From assembly GCA_964429575.1 (NCBI GenBank), contig CAYSCX010000008.1, positions 16,217-80,216 on the forward strand: a stretch of DNA of 64,000 bases, given 5' to 3'. Positions 45,331-55,197 of the stretch are shown here, piece after piece. The translations under genes were made by a program, and so were the position numbers. Below the pieces are notes generated by a model. That model was not told the DNA's origin. It made no database searches and saw nothing but the letters and a program-made list of their open reading frames with translations. The DNA comes from an uncultured Candidatus Binatia bacterium. Its GTDB lineage: Bacteria > Desulfobacterota > Binatia > Binatales > Binataceae. The stretch's first letter is position 1; each line of letters begins with the position of its first letter.

Positions 45331-46152
45331 ATGGACGCAACCAAGAGCCGCAGTGGTGAGAAGCTTGATGCGGTGCGCGCGCTGGGGAGGCGGGCGGATT
45401 TTGGCAAGACGGCCGGTGACTACGGACGTTTTCGCGCCGGCTTTCCCGAGCAGTTCTTCGATCGGCTCGCCGCGCTCGGCATCATTCGCGCGGGCGCCGA
45501 TGCGCTGGACCTGGGCACCGGCACTGGAACGCTTGCGCGCGGACTGGCGCGGCGCGGGATGCATGTCACGGGGCTCGACAAATCTTCGGCGATGATGGAC
45601 GAAGCCGCGCGCCTCGATGCCGAGACCGGAGTGTCGATTCGCTACGTCGTCGCCGAGGCCGAAGCGACCGGTCTTGCGGCTGCAAGCGTTGACTTGGTTA
45701 CCGCAGGGCAGTGCTGGCATTGGTTCGACCGCGCACGTACGGCGCTTCAGGTGCGCAGGGTGTTGCGCGCCGGCGGTCGATTGGTCATCGCGCACTTCGA
45801 TTGGATTCCGCTACCCGGGAGCGTCGTGGAGGCAACCGAGAATCTGATTCACGCGCACAACTCGGAATGGAACCTGTGGGGCGGCACGGGAATGTATCCG
45901 GCGTGGATGCGCGACATGGGCGCGGGCGGATTCCGCGAGCTCGAGAGCTTCAGCTTCGACGTTGACGCGATTTACACGCACGAGGCGTGGCGTGGGCGCA
46001 TCCGCGCGAGCGCGGGCGTCGGGGCGAGTATGTCTCCGGAGCGGGTCGAGAAGTTCGACGCAGAACTAAGGCGCATTCTCGCAGAGCGGTTTACCGACGA
46101 CCCGATGCCGGTACATCACCGCGTCTTTGCAGCGATCGGGCGAGCGCCCTAG
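45331..46152 (+). CDS. class I SAM-dependent methyltransferase
   Basis: Motif I ALDLGTGTGTLARGL, DLVTAGQCWHWF, and GGRLVIAHF. Confidence 0.8.
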   Translation: MDATKSRSGEKLDAVRALGRRADFGKTAGDYGRFRAGFPEQFFDRLAALGIIRAGADALDLGTGTGTLARGLARRGMHVTGLDKSSAMMDEAARLDAETGVSIRYVVAEAEATGLAAASVDLVTAGQCWHWFDRARTALQVRRVLRAGGRLVIAHFDWIPLPGSVVEATENLIHAHNSEWNLWGGTGMYPAWMRDMGAGGFRELESFSFDVDAIYTHEAWRGRIRASAGVGASMSPERVEKFDAELRRILAERFTDDPMPVHHRVFAAIGRAP

Positions 46153-47968
46153 CGGGACCGGAAATTCGCACGAGGCGCGCGGCTGCGGCGAGCGGCACGC
46201 GAGAGTCTTCGAGGAGCAGGTCAGTTGCCCGCGCTTCCCAGGCGTCGTCATCAGCAGCGACGGCGATCGGGTCTTTCGCGCTGAGGCGGTGATCCATGAC
46301 CATGCGTGCAAGCAAGAGGCGCTTGCCGTTGCCGCTCATCGCGGCCTCCCACGCGAGCAGCGCGGCAGTCGCAGCATTGTAGAGGGCGCTGGCCGCGAGC
46401 CGCGCATGGCGTTCCCGGTTCGAGTCTGCGGCGACATTGGACGCGAAGCTCGTCGCGCGATCAACGAGTGCAGAGAGGCGCTCAACGAATGCGCCAGGCA
46501 GCGCGGACGCCTGCTCGAGACGCCGCGTTAGCGCCTCGCGAAGCGTCTCATGTGCGTGCGACTTTGCTACCGCGCGTGACACCACGTCGAGCGCGTTGAT
46601 GTTGCTGGTGCCCTCCCAGAGCACGCCGAGGTGCGCGTCGCGGACCAGGCGCGCATTCACCCAATCCTCGATGTAGCCGTTGCCGCCGCGCATCTCCATC
46701 GCGCGCGTGGCGACCTCGATGTTGTCGCGGCAGGCGCGGAATTTGTAGAGCGGCGTGAGTATGCGAAGCAGTTGGGCCGAGCCTTCGTCGCCGCGATTTG
46801 CCGCCTCCATCACTTGCGCCGCAAACGCGTACATCGAAAGCGCCTGCTCAGTCGGCACCATGATCTTCATCAACTGGCGGCGCACCAGAGGCATTTCGAT
46901 GAGCGCACCGCCGAACGCGACGCGATTGCGGGCGACGACCATCGACTCATTGAGACAGCGCCGCATCATCGCGGCCGCGCGCACGCCGTGCGATAGCCGC
47001 GACAGATTCACCTGCTCGAGCATCTGCTTGAGGCCGTTGCGCAACTCGCCAATCTGCCACGCGAACGCGCCCTCGAGCAGGATCTCGCCGCTCGCCATCG
47101 ATCGCGTGCCCAGCTTGTCCTTGAGACGAACGATTCGGTAGCGATTGCGGCTGCCGTCGTCGAGACGACGCGGCATCGCGAACAAACCAAGTCCACGCGT
47201 GCCGGCCGGAGCGCCTTCGGGGCGCGCGAGAATCAGCACGATGTCGGCGTCGGCATGCGAGCAGAACCACTTGTCACCGTAGAGGCGCCATTCGCCGCCC
47301 TCGCGGCGCGCGACACTCTCGAGCGCGCCCACGTCAGAGCCGCCCGACTTCTCGGTCATGAACTGCGAGCCCTTCCAAATTGTCGAGAGGTCTTGCGAGA
47401 GGAGTTGTGGTGCGAGCCGCTCGCGAAGATCGGCATTCGCGTACTTGAGGATGACGTAGTTCGACGTGTCCGAGATACTGACCGGACACATCAGACCAAA
47501 TTCGGACTGGACGAAGAGGTACTGGAAGGCGTACTTCGCGATGGGCGGTACCTTCTGCGGCCATCCGAGCACGCCGGCGCGATGGCTCATCGCGTGCATT
47601 CCGAAGTCGCCGAAGGCGATCTGCTCCATCTCGCGGTAGGCCGGATGGTACTCGATCCAATCTTCATCGCGGCCAAAGCGATCGCGCGGGTGAAGCTCGG
47701 GCGGATGCTTGTCGGCGGTGGATGCAAGTTCGTCGAGGCGCCCACCGGCCAACTCGCCCATCTGGCGAAGGTGCGGCTCCATGTGGGCTCGCAGCTTAGG
47801 CTCCATGTAGAGCGTAACGAGGTCGCGGAAGGATTCGTCGATGTCGAAGAAGTTTAGACCGCGGCAATCCGGCGCGATGTGGTCGGAGCCGCTGCGCGGT
47901 ACGGTGAGCCGCGCGGCGCGCGATTCGCCACGTGCATTGGCGGCATCACTTCGAGTGCGCGCAGCCAT
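46091..47968 (-). CDS. AidB-like acyl-CoA dehydrogenase family protein
   Basis: NFFDID...L N-terminal pattern, GSQFMTEKSGGSDVG, RLKDKLGTRSMASGEI, and EMRGGNGYIEDW. ATG 47968 chosen because upstream codons run through intergenic repeats. Confidence 0.85.
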   Translation of the reverse strand: MAARTRSDAANARGESRAARLTVPRSGSDHIAPDCRGLNFFDIDESFRDLVTLYMEPKLRAHMEPHLRQMGELAGGRLDELASTADKHPPELHPRDRFGRDEDWIEYHPAYREMEQIAFGDFGMHAMSHRAGVLGWPQKVPPIAKYAFQYLFVQSEFGLMCPVSISDTSNYVILKYANADLRERLAPQLLSQDLSTIWKGSQFMTEKSGGSDVGALESVARREGGEWRLYGDKWFCSHADADIVLILARPEGAPAGTRGLGLFAMPRRLDDGSRNRYRIVRLKDKLGTRSMASGEILLEGAFAWQIGELRNGLKQMLEQVNLSRLSHGVRAAAMMRRCLNESMVVARNRVAFGGALIEMPLVRRQLMKIMVPTEQALSMYAFAAQVMEAANRGDEGSAQLLRILTPLYKFRACRDNIEVATRAMEMRGGNGYIEDWVNARLVRDAHLGVLWEGTSNINALDVVSRAVAKSHAHETLREALTRRLEQASALPGAFVERLSALVDRATSFASNVAADSNRERHARLAASALYNAATAALLAWEAAMSGNGKRLLLARMVMDHRLSAKDPIAVAADDDAWEARATDLLLEDSRVPLAAAARLVRISGPARALARSLQRRGDVPASGRR

Positions 47969-48106
47969 TAGACATTTGTAGTATGCGCGCGAGCCGCCAC
48001 GCCAGCCGCCCGATCTCAGAGCGCGAACGCCAGGGCGCGCAAGCGCGCAGCGAACGATCGCCGGATCAGCCGTCGCCGTGCCCCTCGCCTCCGCCCTGGT
48101 CAGGGA

Positions 48107-48328
48107 CCTTTGCATAACCGACGACCTAACCCCTGGCCCCTTCCCTAAAGGGAAGGGGAAGTGGGTGAAGTTGAGGGAAAGCGAGCGGATTCGATAGGGG
48201 ATGTGCACCTCACAGCGCACCGAGCCGGTTATGCAAAGGCCTCCTGGTCAGGCAGAGGGGACAAAAGCCAGAGTTGTGTGGCGAACGTCTACCGACCCTC
48301 ACCCTAACCCTCTCCCCCAGGGAGAGGG
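48107..48328. repeat. composite repeat region: 14-bp inverted repeat pair enclosing a family-2 hairpin, plus a CCCTCTCCC/GGGAGAGGG hairpin
   Basis: CCTTTGCATAACCG (48107-48120) pairs with CGGTTATGCAAAGG (48226-48239). The family-2 palindrome is at 48137-48158. CCCTCTCCC-CCA-GGGAGAGGG lies at 48308-48328, about 25 nt downstream of the Omp85-like gene stop. Confidence 0.8.
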
Positions 48329-48352
48329 GGCAGACGACGGATGGCGCTGTAA

Positions 48353-49819
48353 CTAGAACGCGTAGTTGATGCCCGAGAAGACCGCGGTGCCTTCGCTGCC
48401 CTGCCCGATGTCCACGTAGCCCACCACGAACGGTTCAACGATCGCGCGGAAGCCCATCCCGCCCACCGGGTGCAGTCGATTGATCGGGTTGTCCGACATG
48501 CGATGCCAGACCTTGCCCGCTTCGAGGAACGGCGCGAGTTCGACGATACCGTGGGTGTTGAACACCGTAGCGTCGAAAACCCGCGTGCGCACCTCGACGT
48601 TCGCGACATCGAGATTGTTGTCGACGAATCGGCCGGCGCCGTAACCGCGGAGCGTCTGCTGGTCCCAGAGCCTCGAATCGTAACCGCCCAGACGCGCCAT
48701 CGACCAGAATGGCGTCTCGCTACCCGCGGGGGTGTATTGGATGTACAGATGCCCGGCGATAGTGACGCGGTCGTGGATCGGAATATAGCGGCGCACCTCG
48801 GCGCCGAACCGGTTGTACGAAACTGAGCTTCCAAGCCGGCGATCCGCGATGCCCCAATACGCCTTCGCGAGTCCGCCTGAGCGCGGCAGGTCGGTCGCGT
48901 CGCGGGTGTCGTAGGTCGCCAGAAACGTGGTGAGCCACTCGGTGCCGCCCCCGAGACCCTTGACCGTCGGAAACAGCGCGCCGATGAATGGGTCGGAGTC
49001 GAAGGCGCCCGTCCCGATACGCACATAGCGCGGACGCTCGATTATCGCGAGCTGCAGGTTCTCATTGAAGTTGAACCCAAGCATGAACTGCGCATACAGC
49101 TGCTTGATCATGTAGTTGGTTTCGCTGCTCTCCGGGGTCTCGTTTCCAACCCCGAAAAAGCGTTCGGTCGGATCGTTCTCCCAGAAGAAGCGGCCTTCCC
49201 AGGACCACCAGTCTTCGCGCGTACGACCGGTGGCGTAGTAGAGGTCAACGCGGCGCGCCTTATCGATGTTGGCGGTCGCGGTGAGGTACCACTGCTTGTC
49301 GGGCGACGGGTAGGCAAGGTAGCGGAATCCGCCGCCGAAACCGAGCGTCGCGTTATAGTTGAGATCGGGCGCGAGAATACTCTCAATGCCGCCGTTTTGA
49401 TCGTGCTGCAGGAAGGCGGCGATCAAGCCAACGGTTGTTCCGCCGTTCGGATCGGTCGCCACTTCGGGAATCGGGATGAACGGCCAGGTATTGGGGTCGA
49501 ACAGCGAAAAGTTGCTCACGTCGAAAAGCAACTCCCAAGTTGCCGGTTTGAACAGGGAGAACTTTGTCCGCGACGCGGTCGCCGGATTGGTGGAACTTGC
49601 TGCGAGCGGCTTGGTCGATGGGACTGCGGCGCCCGACCGATTCGTGGCAGGCGAAGTGCTTCCTGACGTCGATGCTGGCGGCGTACCGATCGTGCTGGCA
49701 GGGGCCGTCTGATCGTTCGAAGCCTTTGTACTTGCTTCGACGATGGGGCCAGAGTCGGCATATGCTGCCGACACGCCGAAGCAGAGCATCAACAGGAGAA
49801 GTGCGATGTTTCGCTTCAT
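48353..49819 (-). CDS. Omp85/BamA-superfamily outer-membrane beta-barrel (surface antigen D15 domain), no obvious POTRA
   Basis: The ATG at 49819 gives the signal peptide MKRNIALLLLMLCFGVSAAYA. A Ser/Thr/Ala-rich linker follows, then a beta-barrel ending in the aromatic residue ...GINYAF. Confidence 0.8.
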   Translation of the reverse strand: MKRNIALLLLMLCFGVSAAYADSGPIVEASTKASNDQTAPASTIGTPPASTSGSTSPATNRSGAAVPSTKPLAASSTNPATASRTKFSLFKPATWELLFDVSNFSLFDPNTWPFIPIPEVATDPNGGTTVGLIAAFLQHDQNGGIESILAPDLNYNATLGFGGGFRYLAYPSPDKQWYLTATANIDKARRVDLYYATGRTREDWWSWEGRFFWENDPTERFFGVGNETPESSETNYMIKQLYAQFMLGFNFNENLQLAIIERPRYVRIGTGAFDSDPFIGALFPTVKGLGGGTEWLTTFLATYDTRDATDLPRSGGLAKAYWGIADRRLGSSVSYNRFGAEVRRYIPIHDRVTIAGHLYIQYTPAGSETPFWSMARLGGYDSRLWDQQTLRGYGAGRFVDNNLDVANVEVRTRVFDATVFNTHGIVELAPFLEAGKVWHRMSDNPINRLHPVGGMGFRAIVEPFVVGYVDIGQGSEGTAVFSGINYAF

Positions 49820-50124
49820 CCGGCTGCCAGCCACAACCTCCACCGCAAAGGAGGCGGTCTCCCGACCTCCCCGACCCCTGCAAAACTGCCAGCACTCGCC
49901 AGCACAATCAAGCGGGACTCGGCACGCGACCTTGGGCCAGGTAACGCTGCGGCTCGCGCGCGGAGTCGTGCGTCGCGCTTTTCGGCAGCGCATCATTCGT
50001 GTAAGGATTCCGGCCAGCGAGCTAAAGTTTTAGTAACGCGCGCAAGCGCGGGCTTCGCAGACGGCTCCGTCAAGGCACGCGCGATGCTACGCACAGGACG
50101 CACGACACCCCGGAGGATCTATCG

Positions 50125-51816
50125 ATGGCGAAAGCTGACGGCGGCGAACTAATCGCGAGAGTGATGCGCGAAAACAAGGTGAAGCACTGCTTCACCATCA
50201 ATGGCGGCCATCTCTTCCCCATCCTGGCGCAGCTCAAGAGCCACGACATCCGCATGATCCACATGCGCCACGAACAGGCGACTGCCTATGCCGCGGATGC
50301 GTACGCGCGCATCACGGGCGAGCCAGGCGTCTGCATGGTGACGGCCGGATGCGGGCTTACCAACGCGGTCACCGGGCTGTGCGTCGCGGGGCTGACCGGC
50401 AGCGCGGTCGTATGCATCTCGGGGCAGCACCCAAACACCGAGGATCATCTCGGTTCGTTCCAGGAAGCGTACGGCTCGGAAGTGGTAAAAAGTTTCGCGA
50501 AATTCACCAAGCGAGTTACCGACTGGAGCACCATCCAGTTCGACCTGCGCTCCGCGTTCCGCGAGGCCATCTCGTGGCCGCAGGGAGTAGCGCTGTTCGA
50601 GATTCCGCAGAACATCCTCTATCACCACGAAGACGACGCGGGGCAGCGCAAGGGCGCCCGCCGTTTTTCGATCGACGACATCCGTTCACAGGGCGACCCG
50701 GCGCAGATCGATCGTGCGCTGGAACTGTTGCACAAATCGGAGCGGCCGATCATCGCGGGCGGCGACGGTCTGTTCTGGTCGCAGGCCGGGCAGGAGCTGC
50801 GCGAGTTCGTCGAGCTCACGTCGATTCCGATCTACGCGCGTCGCGCGGGCCAGGGCGCGGTTTCCGAGGAACATCCGCTCGCGGTCCGAGGCGCATTCAA
50901 GAAGCCGTTTACCGGACGCGCGGATGTCGTGCTGGCGATTGGATTCCGTTTCTGGAGCGGCGAGCACTTCGGACAGCCGCCGACCTGGACCGACAAGGCC
51001 AAATACATCCAGGTCGATCCGACGCCGACACGGATCGGATGGCAGGTCGATGCCGACATCAGCCTGGTCGGCGATCCGAAGCTGGTGCTTCGCCAGTTCA
51101 TCAACCGTATCAAGGAGCTGAAGCTCGACTTCTCCAAGAACCGGACCTCACCGTGGGTCAAGGAAGTTCAGGAGACTCGCGCGCGGTTCGACGCGACCAT
51201 CAGAGAGCAGAATCAGAAGGTGACCGCCAACCGTCCCATCCATCCGGCGCGGCTGTGCGACGATTTGATCAAGGTGCTCGACAAGAACGCAACGACAATC
51301 ATCGACAGCTTCACGCTCTCGGGTTGGATGAGCCGCGCCTTCACCTGCCGCTTCATGGGACAGGTCGTTGACGCGGGACCGCTCGCGCCGGTCGGTCACG
51401 GGGTCGGGATGTCGATAGGCGCGCAGCTTGCGCGGCCGGGCCAGCAGGTCGTGGTCATCAGCGGCGACGGCGGTCTGGGCATCGGCGGTTTCGACATGGA
51501 GACGGCGGCGCGTTACAAGCTCCCGGTCATCACGGTGCTGTGGAACAACAGCTCGTGGGGTCCGAACTTCGACCAGATGCCGGCGCTTAAGGGACGCGTC
51601 GATCCGTTCAACATGCTCAAGGACATCCGCTACGACAAGATTTTCGCGGAGATGGGATGTCACGGCGAACAAGTCGAGACGCCGGAAGAAATCGTCCCGG
51701 CGCTGGAGCGTGCGTTCAAGTCGGGCAAGCCGGCGATGATCAATGTGATCGGCGATCCGACGGTCGGCAACGCGACGCTCGGCGGGAACTTGCTCGGTTC
51801 GACTGGATCCAACTGA
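50125..51816 (+). CDS. thiamine-diphosphate-dependent enzyme (acetolactate synthase / oxalyl-CoA decarboxylase-like)
   Basis: N-terminal HCFTINGGH...MRHEQATAYAADAYAR and the TPP-binding GDGGLGIGGFDMETAARYKLPVITVLWNN motif. Confidence 0.88.
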   Translation: MAKADGGELIARVMRENKVKHCFTINGGHLFPILAQLKSHDIRMIHMRHEQATAYAADAYARITGEPGVCMVTAGCGLTNAVTGLCVAGLTGSAVVCISGQHPNTEDHLGSFQEAYGSEVVKSFAKFTKRVTDWSTIQFDLRSAFREAISWPQGVALFEIPQNILYHHEDDAGQRKGARRFSIDDIRSQGDPAQIDRALELLHKSERPIIAGGDGLFWSQAGQELREFVELTSIPIYARRAGQGAVSEEHPLAVRGAFKKPFTGRADVVLAIGFRFWSGEHFGQPPTWTDKAKYIQVDPTPTRIGWQVDADISLVGDPKLVLRQFINRIKELKLDFSKNRTSPWVKEVQETRARFDATIREQNQKVTANRPIHPARLCDDLIKVLDKNATTIIDSFTLSGWMSRAFTCRFMGQVVDAGPLAPVGHGVGMSIGAQLARPGQQVVVISGDGGLGIGGFDMETAARYKLPVITVLWNNSSWGPNFDQMPALKGRVDPFNMLKDIRYDKIFAEMGCHGEQVETPEEIVPALERAFKSGKPAMINVIGDPTVGNATLGGNLLGSTGSN

Positions 51817-51907
51817 GCAACGGAACGCGCGACGGCGATTGGCTGTATCAATGGGCGGGGACGCGGTCGCTGCGTTCCCGCCCTCCATTTCCCGGCGTGG
51901 TGAACTC

Positions 51908-52363
51908 ATGAAATTCCGAACGCTCGCGCTCGCGTTGACGCTCGTGCTCGCGCCCGGATGCGAGAGCGGCCCGTCGTGTCCGCCGGGCGCGCAATTGATG
52001 GGGGCGGCGCCGCCGGACGGCGAACAGCAGTGGTGCCAAAAGATTGTGGACGGCAAGCCGGTCAAGCACGGCATCTACATCGTTTACGGCCCCGGCGACT
52101 TAAAGTTGATCGAAGGCCACTACCTCGACGGCAAGCAGGATGGCGCGTGGACCCTCTTTTACGAGAGCGGACTCAAGCAGACCGTCGACCACTACAAGAA
52201 CGGGGTGCAGGAAGGCGAGCACATCGGCTGGTATCCCAACGGCAAGATCGCGACGACGGGGCGGTACAAGGACGGCAAGCGCGAGGGCACTTGGAAGCGC
52301 TGGGACTCCGACGGCTTCAAGAACTGGGAAGAGCTTTACAAGGACGACAAGAAGGTGTCGTGA
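51908..52363 (+). CDS. MORN-variant repeat (YwqK-like) lipoprotein
   Basis: Lipobox LAPGC. Repeats G.W..FYESG....V.HYKNG...G....WYPNG........YKDGKREG.W..WD.DG. Confidence 0.7.
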   Translation: MKFRTLALALTLVLAPGCESGPSCPPGAQLMGAAPPDGEQQWCQKIVDGKPVKHGIYIVYGPGDLKLIEGHYLDGKQDGAWTLFYESGLKQTVDHYKNGVQEGEHIGWYPNGKIATTGRYKDGKREGTWKRWDSDGFKNWEELYKDDKKVS

Positions 52364-52496
52364 CGCCTCGCGATCGCAACGCGCCGCATCGGGGCACGAG
52401 CCGTGAACGCCGCGGCGTTCCTCAAGCTATTCGACAGCTAAGTGCCGAATCCGATGGAAGACGTGCGGGCGCTGGCGCAGCACCGATGACGCCCTG

Positions 52497-53285
52497 TCAC
52501 GGTGACGATGCCCAGGGAAATGGTGCGGAGACGTCGAAGGTCATGCCGATTGTAAAGCGCCAGTCGGCGGCGTTCGAAATTCCGCGGCGAACACCAACAT
52601 CGAGCGAGGTGGTGGACGCCGGCAGTTGCCAGATCGCGCCAAGCAAGGCTGATGCATTGGGCTGCTCATTCTCGAGGCTCTCGCCATTGATTTCAGCTAC
52701 CAGCCTCAGCGCTGCTCCAAGTTCGAGCTCGCTAATCACGCCCCATAGAACGAACGGTGTCTCACTGGCGCGGTCGATGCCACCGCCGAGATTGAAGTGA
52801 AGGAGGAAAGGATCAACTTTATCGCTCACGATGGCGATAGCTTCGAATCCCGTGTTTCGCTCGTCTTCGACTGATGACGGCAGCAAGAGCCCCGCTTCCA
52901 ACGCAATGCTAGGGCCCTCGCGCTGCTGAAGAATGCCCTCGCGCAGGATTCCTTTGAGAAATACACCGGGAGCGATGACCGCGAGCTCGGGGACTTCGTC
53001 GACCTGGAACTCGCCGATTATCTCCCAATCCGGGAGGGCACCGTAGTTGAGGATCAATTTGGGTGTGGCGATGCTGGTCTCGCCGCTGCTGCGGCCCAGA
53101 TTGAAATAGCCGAGTTCGACCTCCAAGTCCTGCGGGCTCGCCACTTCTGCATCAGTGGAATCAAACGGCCGATACGCTGACGCTCGGGACGGCGCGAACA
53201 CAGCCGCAACCGCGAGCAATAGCATCGTTGCGAAGGGCCAGCCTGCCTTAGTCAACCGAGCCCCGGAGCTAGCATGTTGACGCAA
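52497..53285 (-). CDS. outer-membrane beta-barrel, MetA-pathway (phenol degradation)-like transporter family
   Basis: Signal peptide then the YRPFDSTDAEV motif (RPF.TDDA-type), followed by alternating beta-strand pattern. Confidence 0.6.
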   Translation of the reverse strand: MRQHASSGARLTKAGWPFATMLLLAVAAVFAPSRASAYRPFDSTDAEVASPQDLEVELGYFNLGRSSGETSIATPKLILNYGALPDWEIIGEFQVDEVPELAVIAPGVFLKGILREGILQQREGPSIALEAGLLLPSSVEDERNTGFEAIAIVSDKVDPFLLHFNLGGGIDRASETPFVLWGVISELELGAALRLVAEINGESLENEQPNASALLGAIWQLPASTTSLDVGVRRGISNAADWRFTIGMTFDVSAPFPWASSP

Positions 53286-53291
53286 CCGTCG

Positions 53292-54362
53292 TCAGGGGCC
53301 GGGCGGGCCGGAACTGACCACCGCGTCGTAGACAACCATCTTCGCCGCCGGCCGGCCGTGTTCCTGCTCCAGTGGCGCATAGACCCTGTGGGTGCGCTGG
53401 TCAACCGCGAGGCTGTGGACCTTCTTTTCGACAGCAAAGTCCTCGAGCTTTCGGAAGTGATCGGGATCGTCCTCGTGAATGACGGAGATGAAGCCGCTCG
53501 AGCACGCGACGTAAATTCGCCCGAGAGCCGGATCGAACTGGACAACGTCAGCACCACTGGGCAGAGCGATCTGCGCGACGGCCTTGTAAGTTTCGAGATT
53601 GACGACGGTGAGTAGATCGTTACCCTCGCAAGCGAGAAACGCGCGCCGATGTTCGGGATCGAGTGCCATACCGTGGTTTCTCTCACAGCCTTCGACGCGG
53701 TACTGCGCGATCAGGGTGTCGGTCACCGGATCTATGATTCCCAGCGCGTTGATGTCTTGAAGGTTGACGTAGATCTTTCGCGCCACAGGATCGTACTGCG
53801 GGACGCCGGTTTCACTGTCAAAGTGAAGCGTCTTGATGATCCGGTCATCGCGGACGTCTACGATTGTCAGCGCCTTGGCCCGCTCATTTGAAACGTAGGC
53901 CTTGCGAAAAGGCGCGGCGTAGGCGATGCCGTCGGGCTTCTCTTCGGTCGCAAGCTTCTTGGTCACTTTCAGTTGGCGCAGGCCGATTACGGCGATCTTG
54001 TTTTCCCACCAGTCCGACGTGTAGAGCTTCCCAAACTCAGGGACGTAGGCCAGACCCGAGATTCCGGGCAGATCAGGAATCACCTTGACGACGCCGTTCG
54101 TCTTGAGGTCGATTACGTACAGCAGCCCAGCCCCGAGATGCGTGGCGAACAGATAGTCGTCGTCCTCGTCAACCGCCAGATAGTCGAAGCGCCGTCCGGA
54201 AGGACCCGGCAGGTTGACAGTGGCAACGAGTCTCAGCGTCGGACCGGCCAGGCGGTGAGCCGTTTGCGCCGGGGGATCGGCAGAGGTTGCGAGCGCGGGC
54301 GAGGACAAGACTAACGTCGCAAGGAGTGCGAGCCGCACCGTGAACTTGAGGAGGTCCGTCAC
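53292..54362 (-). CDS. YncE/YVTN-type beta-propeller repeat protein, exported
   Basis: Repeated ...GIAYA.....YVSN....L.IVD.... blades. GTG 54362 chosen ahead of the signal-like LLKFTVRLALLATLVLSSPALA. The start is uncertain. Confidence 0.7.
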   Translation of the reverse strand: MTDLLKFTVRLALLATLVLSSPALATSADPPAQTAHRLAGPTLRLVATVNLPGPSGRRFDYLAVDEDDDYLFATHLGAGLLYVIDLKTNGVVKVIPDLPGISGLAYVPEFGKLYTSDWWENKIAVIGLRQLKVTKKLATEEKPDGIAYAAPFRKAYVSNERAKALTIVDVRDDRIIKTLHFDSETGVPQYDPVARKIYVNLQDINALGIIDPVTDTLIAQYRVEGCERNHGMALDPEHRRAFLACEGNDLLTVVNLETYKAVAQIALPSGADVVQFDPALGRIYVACSSGFISVIHEDDPDHFRKLEDFAVEKKVHSLAVDQRTHRVYAPLEQEHGRPAAKMVVYDAVVSSGPPGP

Positions 54363-54421
54363 GGAGGAACCGCCCGCGACGCACCAGAGATGCGCGCACA
54401 CGTAGCCGAGGAAGCGCGAGA

Positions 54422-54490
54422 CGGCGGCAGGTGTGTACGTTGGGGAGGTTTGGCTGAGTCGTCCGAGTTGTCGGTTGCGTTCAAGCGGCA
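54422..54490. repeat. 69-bp conserved upstream element, copy 1 (upstream of the beta-propeller gene)
   Basis: Three mismatches over 69 nt against 55198-55266. Lies about 60 nt upstream of the likely start codon on the minus strand. Confidence 0.85.
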
Positions 54491-54491
54491 T

Positions 54492-55136
54492 CTACTTGAC
54501 CGCCACGCCGATCACCCTCAGGTCATCGAACTCCGTGACAGAGTCCGCCTTCGTCCACAGTCCGACCCAGCCCTCCTTGAACGTCCCTTCGTGGTAGTCG
54601 ATCAGCAGCTCACCGTTGAGATAAGCCTGAATGTGATCGCCCGCCGCCACGACCCTCAGCGTGTGCCACTTGCCGAGCGCGGGCGCCGAGATCTCCGTGC
54701 TCGCGATCTGACTGCGCTTGCCGCCGACCACCGTGTAGAGGCGGAAATTGTCCTCCAAGGCATTCGCGCGGACGAGCATGTAGTTGCTGACATCGCGTGC
54801 GCGAAAGACGATTCCAGCGCTCGCGTCCTCCCGCCCGGAGATCGGACGGAAGCGACCGCTCACTTCAAGGTCGGAGAATCGCTGATCCTCGAGGAGTGCC
54901 ACGCAAAATGCGTTGCTTGTGGAGGTCTGGGCGAGGACCCAGCCGGTGTCATCACCCTGGCGCCGCTTCCAAGTCCCTTCGGCGAAATGCCACTTCGGGT
55001 TCTCCCTCTCGAAGTCTTCTGTGATCACGAGGCTTCCATGTGATGGGGGACCGATCTTCGTACTGTCCGGAGCCGGTGGCCTCGAATCACAGCCGAAGAG
55101 CGTCAGGACACCCAGCACCATGCACAGTCGTCTCAT
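54492..55136 (-). CDS. DUF1080 (3-keto-disaccharide hydrolase / LamG-like jelly-roll) lipoprotein
   Basis: Lipobox LFGCDS. F......W....G.W........L......F.D.E....FR...G....GIVFRA.D..NY pattern, ending ...FDDLRV. Confidence 0.7.
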   Translation of the reverse strand: MRRLCMVLGVLTLFGCDSRPPAPDSTKIGPPSHGSLVITEDFERENPKWHFAEGTWKRRQGDDTGWVLAQTSTSNAFCVALLEDQRFSDLEVSGRFRPISGREDASAGIVFRARDVSNYMLVRANALEDNFRLYTVVGGKRSQIASTEISAPALGKWHTLRVVAAGDHIQAYLNGELLIDYHEGTFKEGWVGLWTKADSVTEFDDLRVIGVAVK

Positions 55137-55197
55137 GGAATCACCGAAGGTATTGTGTGGCCCTGCTCAAGAACAACAGGGCGAAGCATGCATTTGG

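Noticed and set aside
47969-48220. N-terminal extension of the AidB-like ORF (MRCEVHIPYRIRSLSLNFTHFPFPLGKGPGV...)
   Set aside because: It is translated from the palindromic repeats at 48107-48160 and from low-complexity sequence. ACAD-family similarity starts after the ATG at 47968.
54422-54490. Calling the 69-bp duplicated element an ECF-sigma-dependent promoter
   Set aside because: A TGAAC-N17-CGAC arrangement is present in copy 1, but the putative -10 reads CCAC in copy 2. The motif assignment would be guesswork without mapped 5' ends.
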